This document shows positions 49,371-61,715 of a DNA stretch of 64,000 nucleotides, piece after piece. The stretch spans positions 32,986,001-33,050,000 of the forward strand of contig CM059432.1 of assembly GCA_030390025.1 (NCBI GenBank), given 5' to 3'. The translations under genes and the position numbers were made by a program. The number at the start of each line of letters is the position of its first letter. Positions within the stretch are counted from its first letter, which is position 1. The notes beneath the pieces were generated by a model. The model did no database searches, was not told the origin of the DNA, and saw only the letters and a program-made list of their open reading frames with translations. Source of the stretch: Squalus acanthias (Eukaryota).

Positions 49371-49375
49371 ATCTC

Positions 49376-52300
49376 TCATTTTTCTAGGATGTCCTCTCCC
49401 CTGATGCAAGCTACTTTGCCCGCCTGTGGCCCTATCTGGGGCTGCGAGTCCCCACTCGCAGGTTTGGCCCCTGTGGTAGGCCCTTGTGCGCCCGGCTTAT
49501 ACAGTTTGCACTGATTTACATGGAACCACTTAGTGCGCCGAGGTACCTTTACGGCGTATACCATGGGGCTCGCCTTATCTACAATGCTGTAGGGTCCCAT
49601 ATACAGTGGTTCCAGACTCCCTACTCTGGCGTAGTTTCTGACCATGACCTGGTCTCCTACTTCCCACTCCCGCTTTTTGCGGGGTTCCAGCAACAGGCGA
49701 TTGCCCTGATGCTGCCTTCCCATGTTCCCAGCCGCCTGCTCATAAACCTGCTTCAGGCGCTCCAAGAGGGTCTGGACGAACTTGTCCCTGCTTACCTCTT
49801 GGAGCTGACCTTCAGTGAGCACCGGCGCCAGCACATGGGTGGGGGTTCGCATGATCCTCCCAGTCATCACCTCGTGCGGGGAATACCCCGTACTTTTCGA
49901 CTGACTGGCCCGGACCCCCATGAGGACTAGAGGCAGAACCTCCGCCCATTTTTGGGGCGAGTTCATAGTCTCTTTCCTCAATTTCTCCTTCAGGGTCCGG
50001 TTCATGCGTTCAACAATCCCGGATGACTGGGGATTGTGCGCTACGTGCCATTTCCCTTCAGTGCCCAAAAGCATGAGGGTGTTCTGCATCACCTGGCCGG
50101 TGAAATGACTCCCTTGGTCTGACTCCACAAAACGGGGAAGTCCCCACCGCGAGAACACTTCCCAGACCAAGATTTTTGCAGTACCCAGTGCCGTAGCTGT
50201 TCTGCAGGGGAAGGCTTCCACCCATTTGGAAAACACATCCACCAAGACGAGGCAGTATTTATAGCCTCCCTGGGTGGTGGGCAGGGGCCCTATATAGTCG
50301 ACCTGTATCGACTGCCATGGTCCCTCTTCCCTCCTGATGTGCCCCATGGGCACTTTCCTTTTCTGGGGGTCTGGGTTGTTTGCAGCGCACACGAGACAGC
50401 TTGCACAGAACTCGCGGACCTGCTCCCTGAGCCCCGGCCACCATCCCGCTTGCTCTACCCGTTGCCAGGTAACCTCGGGCCCGGGGTGCCCTGCCCCCGG
50501 TCCCTCGTGAGCCAACTGGATGAATTCCCTCCTGTGCTGCTGCGGCACAACCCACTGCTCCTCGCGGAACAGCATGCCTTCCTTAACGGAGAGGGTTGCC
50601 GTACTGTACGGACCCTCTACCTGCTTCCCCTCAGCAAGGGTTCTGAGGACTGCTTTTAGGGCGGGATCCTGGTTCTGGACGGTCTTAAGGTCTAGGGGCA
50701 ATGCTACCCTGGTGTTCCCGGGATTCCCGTCCCTGCCTTGGATCGCTGCCACGGGTCTGGGCCCATAGGGGTCCCAGAAAATGCCGTTACGGGCACCCTC
50801 CCTGGCTAGCGCATCCGCCTGCTGGTTGCCCTCCCCACGGGGCTCTGTGGAGGAGTGAGCCTTCACCTTATGGATGAAAATCTCCCCTTCCTCCCCTACT
50901 GCTGCTAGGATCTTTTCCAGCAAGGGCTTCACCGTTAAAGGTCGTCCGTCCGCGGAGGTGTATCCACGGCGGGACCAAATGGCCAGGTATTCCGTACACG
51001 AATTGCATGTGAGCAAATAGTGTATGGGGTTGGGAAAGTTTCTGGGTGGGTAACGACGTACACCACTGCAGACAGCTCAGCCTGCTGCGCGCTCATGGTG
51101 CTGGGGAGCCTAATCGCCAGGGCAAGGTTTGCCGCAGGGTCATAAACTCCACGCCCTGTGAGTCGTTCGCCAGCGGACACTGTGCTGGAACCATCAACAT
51201 AAATCTCGCGCCCAGTGGGATGTATCCCGGCTCGCAAACCTATGTTGACTTCCCACACCCCTTCCACCGAACACTGGTGGGCTGTACCGGGGTATACCAA
51301 ATTGGCCGCAAGCCTGGGCTCGCAAAGACCTTTAACTCTAAGATCCATCTGGGAAAGAAGAAGGGTCCAGCGCGCAATACGCACGCTGCTTACGGTCCCA
51401 TCTTTAATCCTCCCATCTAGAAGCATTTTAGTTGGTGTGTGATGGGTGAGGAGAGTGATGGGGGAGAGCCCTGTGAAGATCGCTGATCTTTTCACAGCCC
51501 AATGCTAAAAGGTGCCTTTCGCAATTGGAGAAACTTCTCTCCACATCCGTTAACACCCTGGCCGAATAGACAACCGGTCTCAGCTTGCCGTGACGCTCTT
51601 GGAGCAGCACAGCGCTCAAGCTGTCCCCACTGGCAGCTACCTCCAGGAAAAACTCCTTCCCCCCATCTATGGCCCCTAAAGCTGGCGCGGTCTGCAAATC
51701 CCTTTTTAACTTCTCGAAGGCTGCCTGGCATCCCTCGTCCCAAGACCACTCCACTCCCTTATGGAGGAGTCGGAGCAGCGGCGCCGCTGTGGCTGCATAG
51801 TCTTCGATAAAATCCCTGCAGTAACCGGTCAGTCCCAAAAAGGACCTCACACCCCTTATGGTGTTGGGAATCGGTAGCTCTTGCACCGACTCCCTCCTAG
51901 CCTTATCTATGGCTCTTTCCCCAGCGCGAATGGTCAGCCCCAGGAATTTTACTTCCTGCTGACCGATACGTGCTTTCTTAGGGTTCACTTTAAAACCCTT
52001 TCTCGCTAGCAGCTCCAATAACTCGGCCAGCAGTGGTCCATGCTCCTCCCTTGAATCCGTAAATAGGAGCAAATCATCCACGTACTGCACTATCTGATTG
52101 GGCTGACTAAACTCCTTTAAACTTCCTGCCATACACTGATGGAAAATACTGGGGCTGTTGTGGAAACCCTGTGGCAGACAGTTCCATGTGTACTGTTGTC
52201 CTTTGAAAGTAAAGGCAAACTTGTACTGGTCCTCTCGCCGCAGCGGGATGGACCAAAAAACGTTCGAGATATCCAGCACCGTGAACGTGGTCGCGGACGC

Positions 52301-53149
52301 TGGGATACTCCCTATTAGGTCAGCGACTGCTGCTACCGTGGGCGCGCAGGCGGGAATGTTACCGTTAAGGACTCTGTAGTCCACCGTGGCCCTCCACGAT
52401 TTATCCGGCTTCCTAACCGGCCATAATGGGGAGTTCACGTGTGTGGCTATCGGCCTCAACACGCCCTGCTGCACCAAGGAGGACATTGCTGTCTCCATGT
52501 CGGGTTCTGCTTCTTTGGGGAAGTTATACTGCTTTTGGGGCCGGGTCATGGGGTCCCCATCTATGCTGACCTCAAACCCGGTAACCCTCCCACAATCGTG
52601 CTTGTGGGTTACAAACGCGTGCATATTATCTGACACGTACGTTTGCATGTCCGTTGGGACATCCGCGACCATAAGCCCGAGGTCGTAGCCTCCGGATGGC
52701 TTCATGGTACACAGGGCCCCTTCACCTTCCTCCCCCGGAATTACCACTACCTCGCCTTCTTCACCCTTAGCCCCCCAGAGGCAGTGATTCCTGAGGTCCA
52801 CGAGGATCCCGTGCCCCGATAGGAGGTCTGATCCGAGGATGCCTCTCCCACCCCCCTCTTGCCATTTCATCAGTATGCACTTCCACGTGGTGCGGGGTGT
52901 TCCTAAATGAATGGATAGCGGAATGGAGAACGCGCCAGCCTGCTCTTTTCCCGTGAACCCCGCTAATGTGAATGGGACCTTGGTAGATAGCGGTGAGTCA
53001 AAAGGGCTATCCGTATGAATCACGGTGCATGAAGCTCCCGTGTCCAACAAATAACTACCCTTCTGTTCTTCTACCTCCATCTCCACCAGGGGTCGCTTCC
53101 ACGCATCATAGCTGAGCGGACACAGGTAGACGGGCTGTGCGGGCTCTAG
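49376..53149 (-). pseudogene. pol: pol: protease-RT-tether RNase H-RNase H-integrase, two frameshifts (~51500, ~51016)
   Basis: LLDTGAS; YVDD; LEVAAS..RPVVYS..ERHLLA; IYVDGS..AQQAEL..KVKAH..GNQQADALA; HHCC; VDYIGP, SDQG, GIVER; GPY. Confidence 0.92.
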
Positions 53150-54947
53150 TCATTGGGTACTATTGGACGGGGCTGCGGCATCTGCGGGGCCGGTAGCAAC
53201 CGCCACCCTTCCATGCGAACTCATGAGGGTGCGCATGGCTCCCAACACTGATTCGATCGCATCGGGATGGATAGGTGCACTAGCTCCCCTATCGGAGACA
53301 GGCGCCTGGGCTCGGACTGCGGGATTTTTATCCCTGGACTCCTTCCAAGGGTTCCTGCAGTTCTTGCGCCAATGCCCTGTCTTCCCACACCCGTAACAAG
53401 CATTACTGGCCTGCGGGGCGCGGTTACCCTCCTGATGCCACTCCTTTTGAGCCGGGGCTGCGGGTCGTGCCTCATGCACCTTTCCCTTAAGGGGACGTGC
53501 TCCCGTACTCCTGGTATTACGGTACCCTACCGTGAGTCGATTTAGGACCGACTCCTCTGTAGTGGCGGGGTTAGTGGGATCAAACCACGCTTTTGCCTGC
53601 TCCCTGACGGCTGGCAAACTGTTGGTTACTATACACTTGAGCCAATGAGTTAAACTGGCATCGTCTATGCGCTGGCGCGCCTGGGCAGCTACGCTGGTAT
53701 ACTGGCCACAGCCTGTCGGCGAAAACCTTCGGGGGTTCTCCCTCCATCTGCACTGTTCGTCCCAATCTAATGAACGGACCTTCATCGTCCATTCCCAACA
53801 CTTCTAGGACCTCATCTCTTAGCTCCCCATAGGTATTAATTCCCCTCTTGCTCTCGTCTGAGAGACACTGAAGGATCGAGCTGTCTAATGAGAATAACAG
53901 CATTTTTGCTTTTTCCCCATCGTCGCAGCCGTTAATGGCTGCGGTTTGCTCTACTTCCCTGAAATGTACGGAAGGGTCGTCTGACTCGGCCAGCTTCCGT
54001 ACGTGACTGATCATAACCCTCAGCTGGTGTGAGCTGTGAGGCAACACAAGCTGGTTGAGGAGATCCCCCTCTTCCCCACCTGCTCCGTTCGGGCCCCTCT
54101 TGATACCCGTGACCGGACACAACGGTCCCGGCTTCACTTCTACCTCAGTGGGCTCTTTCTCTACTTCTACCACTTCCTCCCTCACCCAGGTTGCCGAATA
54201 GCTGGGTGGCGCGGAGGGCACAGTGGCTAATACCTCCTCTGCTTTGTTCGGTGGGGATTTCTGAAATCCCTCATCCACTAGCGGCTGGTGTGCTGACGGG
54301 CTGATAAGGCACACCATGCCGTGCGCTTTGTTCAAGGCCCTTTTAAGGTTCCCTATCTCTTTTTGGCAGACACTGTGATCGGCCCCCTGAAGTTTATCCT
54401 CGAGGGCCATCTTATATGCCGCCCTAACCCCCGTTAAGCTCTCTTCCTGGGCTTTTATTTGGGCAGCTAGGCGGGCACATCGTTCCTTTAATCTGCCCTC
54501 ATTTAACTTTGCCTCAGTGACCTGGCACTCGAGGTAATCTATTTTCGCCTCATGGTGGTTGGCGACTAACTGCCGTTCTTGATGCAACGCATTTAAAGTC
54601 GCGATGAGCTGCTGCCCCCCCCGCGACCTTCTCGTCCATTTCCACCTCTAAACTCTTGATCTGAGCTGCCTGCGCTAAGATGACCTGGTCCGAAATTTGG
54701 ACTTGTCTTTTATAGCACATCAGCCAGACCGCTTTCTCCACTTTTTTTATGTTCCTTGCTTATCTGTCCACCTCTCGGCTGCCTCTAGTGGACGCTTATC
54801 CACCAGCAGGTCACTTATCCATTTCTTGGTCAAATTCACTTTTCCAAACACATAATCTGCTATTCTCTCTTCCATGACATTTCGCCCATTCATACCAGGG
54901 TCTAACACATTATTTTCTCGCTGCCAGTGTCCTGCCGCGGTCGCCAT
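53150..54947 (-). pseudogene. gag: gag with coiled-coil N-terminus and one CCHC knuckle, about three frameshifts
   Basis: CYGCGKTGHWRKNC; consecutive ORFs 54747-54947, 54550-54741, 53580-54587 and 53150-53785 change frame. Confidence 0.85.
54929..54946 (-). promoter_or_regulatory. Primer-binding site, tRNA-Arg(UCG)-type
   Basis: TGGCGACCGCGGCAGGAC, complementary to GTCCTGCCGCGGTCGCCA (recalled vertebrate tRNA-Arg-TCG 3' end). Confidence 0.8.
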
Positions 54948-54951
54948 TTTC

Positions 54952-56645
54952 TGTTAGGGGTGAGACCTGTGGCTCTGTGCTTAGCCTGGGTGCTAGTGCG
55001 AGGTTAGGCCTTGTTGCCTGTTCTGGTCTCCAGCCAGCCTGGTAACACTAGACACCTGTGAGTGGTTCGACCCACTCGCCCTTACGGTTCTGACACTGGA
55101 CTTAGGTGCGAGAGCAATAATGCAGAGAAAACTCAGGTAGACCCGGTTGAATAGTGCAAAATGGAAAATCTTTATTGCATATTATTCAAGATTACGAAAT
55201 ACATGTCATAAGCACAGATTAATGACAGTACAATCTTACACGCAGTTATGTAACTAATTTTTGGGAAACGAGGAGCGCACGACACATCGAAAAAGGGGGC
55301 ACACATTACAATTATCCTTAAAACTTAAACCCTCCCCTATCAATACCTGTCCTAAACTAGATTTGTAGGATCGAGACTCATGCTCACCACTCGTGATAAC
55401 TCGGAGAATTCCGAAACTCTGCTCGGATGTTTTTCCTGCAGCACCTGACCACCCACGTGTTGATCAGGGGTCTCTGTACCCCACTTGTTTACTCGTCTCT
55501 GCTCCGGCTAGCAGGCTGGACCGTCTGCTGTCATGAAGATCTGTGTTGTCCTCGGAGTTCCGACACTACTCAAAAAAGAGTCTTCCTGTGCCCTCACACC
55601 GATGCGATAAAATTCGAAGAATGGTCTTCCTGGGCAAGAAAAAGGTGTTTATTCGACTTGCAGGCGCGGTCGGAGCTTACTGACCGTGGCGATACGTATT
55701 GTCGTCGTCGTCTTCTTCTCTCATCTCTATCTCTCCCTCTCCCTCTCCCTCTCCCTCTCCCTCTCCCTCATCCCTCATCCCTCATCCCTCATCCCTCATC
55801 CCTCATCCCTCTCCCTCATCCCTCGTTCCAACACCGTTTACCGACTTCTCGGGATGGTGTGCCCGTTTCAAGGCCTCACAGCCCAGTTCTTCACAGATCT
55901 TCGCGGCAAGCCACGAGGTTGATCCTGGTGGATCAGAAAGTTCAATAGTCTTCCAGCAAGTCAAACAGCAAGAGCTGCAAGAGGCAGAGGCACGAGGCAA
56001 GAGGCAAGAGCAAGAGACAGATGGACGGTTGTACCTTAGTTATAGTGCTGTAATTCCTCTTTTCCCGCCCAATCTTAATGTCTTTCTTTTGTCAGGGTTT
56101 TGGCGCTCAAACTTCTTGTATAGGGTGATCTCCGTTTAATGGGTTTCGGTGATACTTGTAACTGTCTGAGTACCCGTTAATACTTCTCCCATTGTGGAAC
56201 CGGTCAGTATTCTCCCTGGAGGGGTTTTGGGGCTGCCAAATGCTTTCTGTAACTACCCGCAAACGGCTCTCTCATCGTAGAGTCGTGGGGATTTTGCATA
56301 TTAATGTCTTTGGATGGGTTCTTGATCGCTCGGTACAATAGCCCTTATTCGCACCTGGGAGACCGACTCCAGTATTTATGCATAAAATGCAAACCCATTA
56401 TGTCTTGTCAATTATCTCAAATGTGCTGAGTCTTGTCCGATCTCGCACAAATGTTTATTGGAACGCCATCTTGTCTGCTCATTGAAAAGTCTAGAACGTT
56501 CTGCCACGAGGCGTGGCGGCCATTTTACAGGCTGTTTGTGTCCACTTTGAAAACCTGACAGCATTCTGCTGAAATAAAGCTGTTTGTACGAAACTTTATG
56601 TCTCCTCTTATTTTATAAAATCGTGATAATTTTGCGAATTCTACA
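54952..56645 (-). repeat. Long (~1.7 kb) 5' LTR of the provirus
   Basis: TGTTA...CTACA ends; abuts the PBS on one side and Penelope RT on the other; minus-strand AATAAA ~55172; internal (CCCTCT)/(CCCTCAT) repeats 55730-55825. No second LTR to confirm boundaries. Confidence 0.65.
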
Positions 56646-56900
56646 ACCGTCAATTTGGAGGAAGTGAGTGGAGTCAAAGGAGAAGTTGTTCAATGTGAGA
56701 ACAAGTTCAGCCAGGCAGAGGAGGGTGGTGGTGGATGGGGACTGGTTGGGCCTCTGTTCAAGGAAGAAGAGGAGCGCCCTCAGGCCATCCTGGTGGGGGA
56801 TGGAGGTGTAGAGTGATTGGACGTCCATTGTGAAAAGGAGATGGTTGGGGCCAGGAAACTGGAAACTGTTAGTGGCGGAGGGTGTCGGAAGCATCGCTGT
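56646..56900 (-). mobile_element. Penelope-like RT fragment
   Basis: FTMDVQSLYTSIPH..LVLTLNNFSF..FLQ. Confidence 0.85.
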
Positions 56901-57291
56901 TGTACAGACAAACATACAGATTAGGAGCAGGAGTAGGCCACTCGGCCCTTCGAGCCTGCTCCACCATTCAATAAGATCATGGCTGATCCGATTACTCCGT
57001 CTACCCCTGATAACTTTTCACCCCTCTTGCTTACCAAGAATCTATCTACCTCTGCCTTAAAAATATTCAAAGACCCTGCTTCCACCGCCCTCTGAGGAAG
57101 AGAGTTCCAAAGACTCACGACCCTCTGTGGAAAAAATTTCTCCTCATCTCTGTCTTAAATGGGCGACCCCTTATTTTTAAACAGTGACCCCCTAGTTCTA
57201 GATTCTCCCACAAGAGGAAACATCCTCTCCACATCCACCCTGTAAAGACCCCTCAGGATCTTATGTTTCAATCAAGTCACCTCAAGTCAAC

Positions 57292-57650
57292 GGCAACACG
57301 GTGCCATAGTGGTTAGCACTGGTGCCTCACAGCGCCAGAGACCCGGGTTCGAATCTGGCCTCGGGTGACTGTCTGTGTGGAGTTTGCACATTCTCCCCGT
57401 GTCTGCGTGGGTTTCCTCCGGGTGCTCCGGTTTCCTCCCACAGTCCAAAAATGTGCGGGTTAGGTTGATTTGGCTATGATAAATTGACCCTTAGTGTTAG
57501 GGGGGGATTAAATATGTGGGGTTACGGGGATAGGATGGGATATGTTAGGGGGAATTAAATACGTAGGGTTACGGGGATAGGGTGGGATATGTGTCGGTGC
57601 AGGCTCGATGGGCCGAGATGGCCTCTATCTGTACTGTGGGGATTCTGTGT
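57292..57650 (+). mobile_element. HE1-like tRNA-derived V-SINE
   Basis: A/B boxes (AGTGGTTAG, GGTTCGAATC); V-domain GGAGTTTGCACATTCTCCCCGTGTCTGCGTGGGTTTCCTCCGGGTGCTCCGGTTTCC; CR1-like tail. Confidence 0.9.
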
Positions 57651-57760
57651 GAGGGAGCAGGGACGGGGTACTGGATTTGGATGATCAGCCATGATCGTAT
57701 TGAATGGTGGAGCAGGCTCAACGGGCCGAATGGCCTACTCCTGCTCCTAGTTTCTATGTT
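57651..57760 (+). mobile_element. CR1 3'-end fragment
   Basis: GATCAGCCATGATC..GAATGGCCTACTCCTGCTCCT..TTCTATG. Confidence 0.85.
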
Positions 57761-58576
57761 TACTCTTAACTCCAGCGGATACAAGCCTAGCCTGTCCAAC
57801 CTTTCCTCATAAGATAACCCGCCCATTCCAGGTATTAGTCTAGTAAACCTTCTCTGAACTGCTTCCAATGCATTTACATCCTTAAATAAGGAGACCAATA
57901 CTGTACACAGTACTCCAGATGTGGTCTCACCAATGCCCTGTATAACTGAAGCATAAGCTCCCTACTTTTGTATTCAATTTCCCTCGCAATAAACGATAAC
58001 ATTCTATTAGCTCTCCTAATTACTTGCTGTACCTGCATAGTAACCTTTTGCGATTCATGCACTAGGACACCCAGATCCCTCTGCAATCTCTCACCATTTA
58101 AATAATTTTTTTTATTCTTCCTGCCAAAATGGACAACTTCACATTTTCCCACATTATACTCCATTTGCCAGATCTTTGCCCACTCACTTAGCCTATCTAT
58201 ATCCCTTTGTAGCCTCCTTATGTCCTCTTCACAATTTACTATCTTTGTGTCATCAGCAAATTTAGCAACCATACCTTCGGTCCCTTCATCCAAGTCATTT
58301 GTATAAATGGTAAAAAGTTGAGGCCCCAGCACTGATCCCTGTGGCACACCACTCATTACATCTTGCCAATCAGAAAATGACCCATTCATGCCTACTCTGT
58401 TTCCTATTAGCTAGCCAATCTTCTATCCATGCCAATATGTTACCCCCTACACCATGGGCTTTTATTTTCTGCAATAACCTTTTGATGTGGCACCTTATCA
58501 AATGCCTCTGGAAATCTAAGTAAAGTACATCCACAGCACATGTTACTTCCTCAAAGAACTCCAATAAATTGGTTAA

Positions 58577-61500
58577 ACATCCATTTCACCAAGGATCGAG
58601 CAAGTGTCACGGCGCATGCGGTTGGATTAGCTAATATGGCAGGCTTTCTAAGGGTGCAGGGCGTCGTTGACTGCACACATGTGGCCCTTCAGGCACCCCA
58701 TCGCAATCCAGGTATTTTTCTCAACTGCAAGGGCTTCCACTCCCTCAATGTTCAGCTGGTGTGTGACCACAACAAGGAAGTTCTGCATGTTTGTGCCAAG
58801 TACCCTGGCAGTTGCCATGACTCCTTCATACTGCGCCAGTCTAGTGTGCCTCCGCTATTCAGTCCACCAGACCAACTTCACGGATGGCTACTTGGAGACA
58901 AGGGCTATCTCCTGAGGACGTGGCTAATGACGCCGTTGAGGAGCCCATCCAACGCAGCTGAGGAGAGCTACAACTCCAGCCACATTTCCACCAGAGCCAT
59001 AATCGAGCAAACCATCAGTATGCTGAAGATGCGCTTCAGATGCCTGGATAGATCAGGTGGAGCCCTGCAATACTCAGCAGCCAGGGTCTCCAGAATCGTC
59101 GTGGTTTGCTGTGCACTTCACAACATGGCACAGTGTCGTGGCTTACAGATGCCGGAGGACCAAGTGGCTCCTCACATAGCCTCCTCAGATGAGGAGGAGG
59201 AGGAGGAGAGAGAGAACGAACAACTTGCAGAGGCCCCTCAACCAGCGGCAGCATTACGCGAGACCATAGCTGCCCGGAATGCAAGGAACGCACTCCTCTT
59301 GGCCAGATTTGCTTAGCCTAGACAAGAAAGCACTTTTGCCTCGCAGCTTCTTACCAGAGCTACGACAATGGCCCAGACCCAGTGGATCCCTAACAATTTG
59401 ACCACCATACTGACAATTGCAAGTTATCCTAAGGCCTCATTTGTGGAAGTCCCATTAGCGAAATGACAGATCCCACAACTGCAGCTGTAGCCATCAGAGT
59501 TTTTATTTAAACTTTAGACCTGATGGCTTTTTAACAATACACATTAAAATTCACCCAAGTGACTATTTGTGCAGTTTCTTTCTCTTACGCGTGCTCCTAC
59601 GTGGTGCTTCCCCTGTGGCTTCAGCAGAAGTGGAGGCCCCCTGCTCACTTTGTTGCTGCTCCTGTCTCGACTCCTTTGGCGGGCGTCCTCTGGGGATGTG
59701 AACCTGAGAGGGCTCGGCAACAGTCTGCTGCTCCTGCGGCTGGGCAGGGGTTGAGACGCGATCTCACTTGGGTGCGGACCTGAGCAAGGACCTGTCAGTG
59801 GCATGGAAGTGTGAGCGCATGGAGAGGAGCCCCCACCTCCTTGTGTGCCACCAACATCCCTCTCATGGGTCAGGTCCACCTCAGCGCTTGCAAGTGGCTT
59901 GAGAGCACCTTGCTGCACATCAGGGGGGCCATGGGGACCCGCATCTGCACTGGAAGTCCTACTCAGAAGGACTTCCATGAAGGTCTGGTTTCCCTGTTCA
60001 ATAGATGACCATCGCCCCTCCAGAGATGTCATTCTATTCCGAACACTCACCATGTTTTCAGCACTCTGGCGACTTATCACCTCCATGGAGGTTGCCATCC
60101 TTTCCATGGTGATGCGTTCATGCGCCAATGACTCCACAAAGGCTCTGCTCATGTTCGCTATGGACTCCTCCATTCGCTCCACACTCGCAGAGACTCCTGC
60201 ATCTGTTCCTGGAGTCCCAGCAACGCTGGTCTTATGGATGGACCCAGAGGGAGAGGGTCGACATGCAGCTGAGCCGAGCTAGGAGAGTCCTGCGCCCTCC
60301 GACTAGGACTCTCCACTGCTGTCCCTGTCTCCACCATCTGCTGATGCTCATTTGTGAGCTGTGATGCACCAGGTGACAACACTATATGTCCCGAGGGTCC
60401 CACCGAGATGTGAGTGTCTGCGCTGGTGCTGGGTGCGCTTAGTTCTGCTGACGCTGCGCCCTCAGAGGTTGCAGCTTCCTCTGAGGAGTCTGTCTGCTCA
60501 GGCTCTTCCTCCTAGGTAGTGTGGACGGGTGCTTGCGATGGTCCTGTGGGGGAGTAAAGGAAAGAGTCAGAGATGTGATGCCAAGGTTACATGCACATTG
60601 CATATTGCAGATGATCATAAATCCATCTGTTGGAGCTTCAGATTCATTATCAGCGACTCATGCAATGTCAATGAGAGAGATGGAACACTATTCAGTCACC
60701 AGCTTGCTCTGATGCATTTGTCTGTCGGTCCCCCACTTGCGTTTCCTCCTCGACGCCCACGATCTCCAGGACCGTATCCTCCCAGGGGGTGAGCTGGGCT
60801 AATGAGGGTGGCCCTCCTCCTGTCCTGGCTCTTTCCCTTTTATTGTGAGCTCTCTTCCTGCAATGAGGGAGACAAGTGGAGTTTGAGTGAGATTGAAGAA
60901 GTGAGTGTAGAGAATCCATAGCATAGATGCTTAGAAGGAGACAAAGATGGATTGAGCTGGCGAGACTAAGGGCCCTCCCTGTGTGTTGTAAGTTGTTTTC
61001 AAAGCATAACAGTGATGGGGAGTGTGAGGGCTGCATAGTCGAATAGTAAGGTGAATGTGACCATAGAGGGAGAGGGAATGGGTAAGGGTGCATGGACGTC
61101 AGTGTCAAGTGGGATATGGAGGAAGAGGTTGCTAAAGCGGAGTGCTGGTGAGGAGAGGCAATGGGGATCAGATTGAGGGTGAAGGGAAAGTCATACTCAC
61201 TTTAGTAGTACGTAGAAGGTCATGAAACCTCTTCCTGCACTGGATCCAGGTTCTGCATGTGAATGATAGAGGTGACCTCCTGGGCTATCTGGACCCACAC
61301 AGCCTTTGTCTGCTGGGGAGGCTTCTTCCTCCCTGAGGAGGGGAAGAGCACCTCCCTGTTGGCTTTTGCTCCATCCACCAAAGCCTGAAGGGCAACGTCA
61401 TGGAACCTGGGAGCAGCCCTGGGCTGTTGGCTGGCCATTCCTGCTGCAGGTTTTCAGATTAGAGGTCCAAAAGCTTGGCAGCCTGTAGAGGAAGCAAGGC

Positions 61501-61715
61501 TTGTTGCAGACCTTAAATGCAGCAGCAATGATGACGTCATCGGAGGCGACTTTCAGACTGGAATAACTCATTGGCCATGGGTTCCCACATGTTGGAACTC
61601 AATTGGCCAATTAAGTTAAAATCGCATCATTCATCCACATTAATCTGGAGTCGGGGGGGCAACACGAAATGCGGGTAACACGACCCCAACCTGACCCCAA
61701 GACAAAATCCAGCCC
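58577..61715. mobile_element. Harbinger-B2, left end missing
   Basis: Colinear with 29205-32372; transposase C-terminal part open to 59316 (+); right TIR CAAAATCCAGCCC. Confidence 0.93.

Larger units (their letters stand above)
45928..56645 (-). mobile_element. Endogenous lokiretrovirus-like provirus (5' LTR-PBS-gag-pol-env; 3' LTR absent)
   Basis: Retrovirus-like RT LPQGFHNSP/YVDD, two RNase H domains, integrase and an F-like env. Confidence 0.85.
56905..58576 (-). mobile_element. 5'-truncated CR1 LINE interrupted by a SINE
   Basis: [29 protein letters not shown]; 3' tail ~56905-56930. Confidence 0.9.

Noticed and set aside
55427..56139. ORFs of 173 and 146 aa on +
   Set aside because: Produced by simple repeats in the LTR; no protein-like features.
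57292..57365. tRNA gene
   Set aside because: It is the tRNA-derived head of the SINE and continues into the V-domain.
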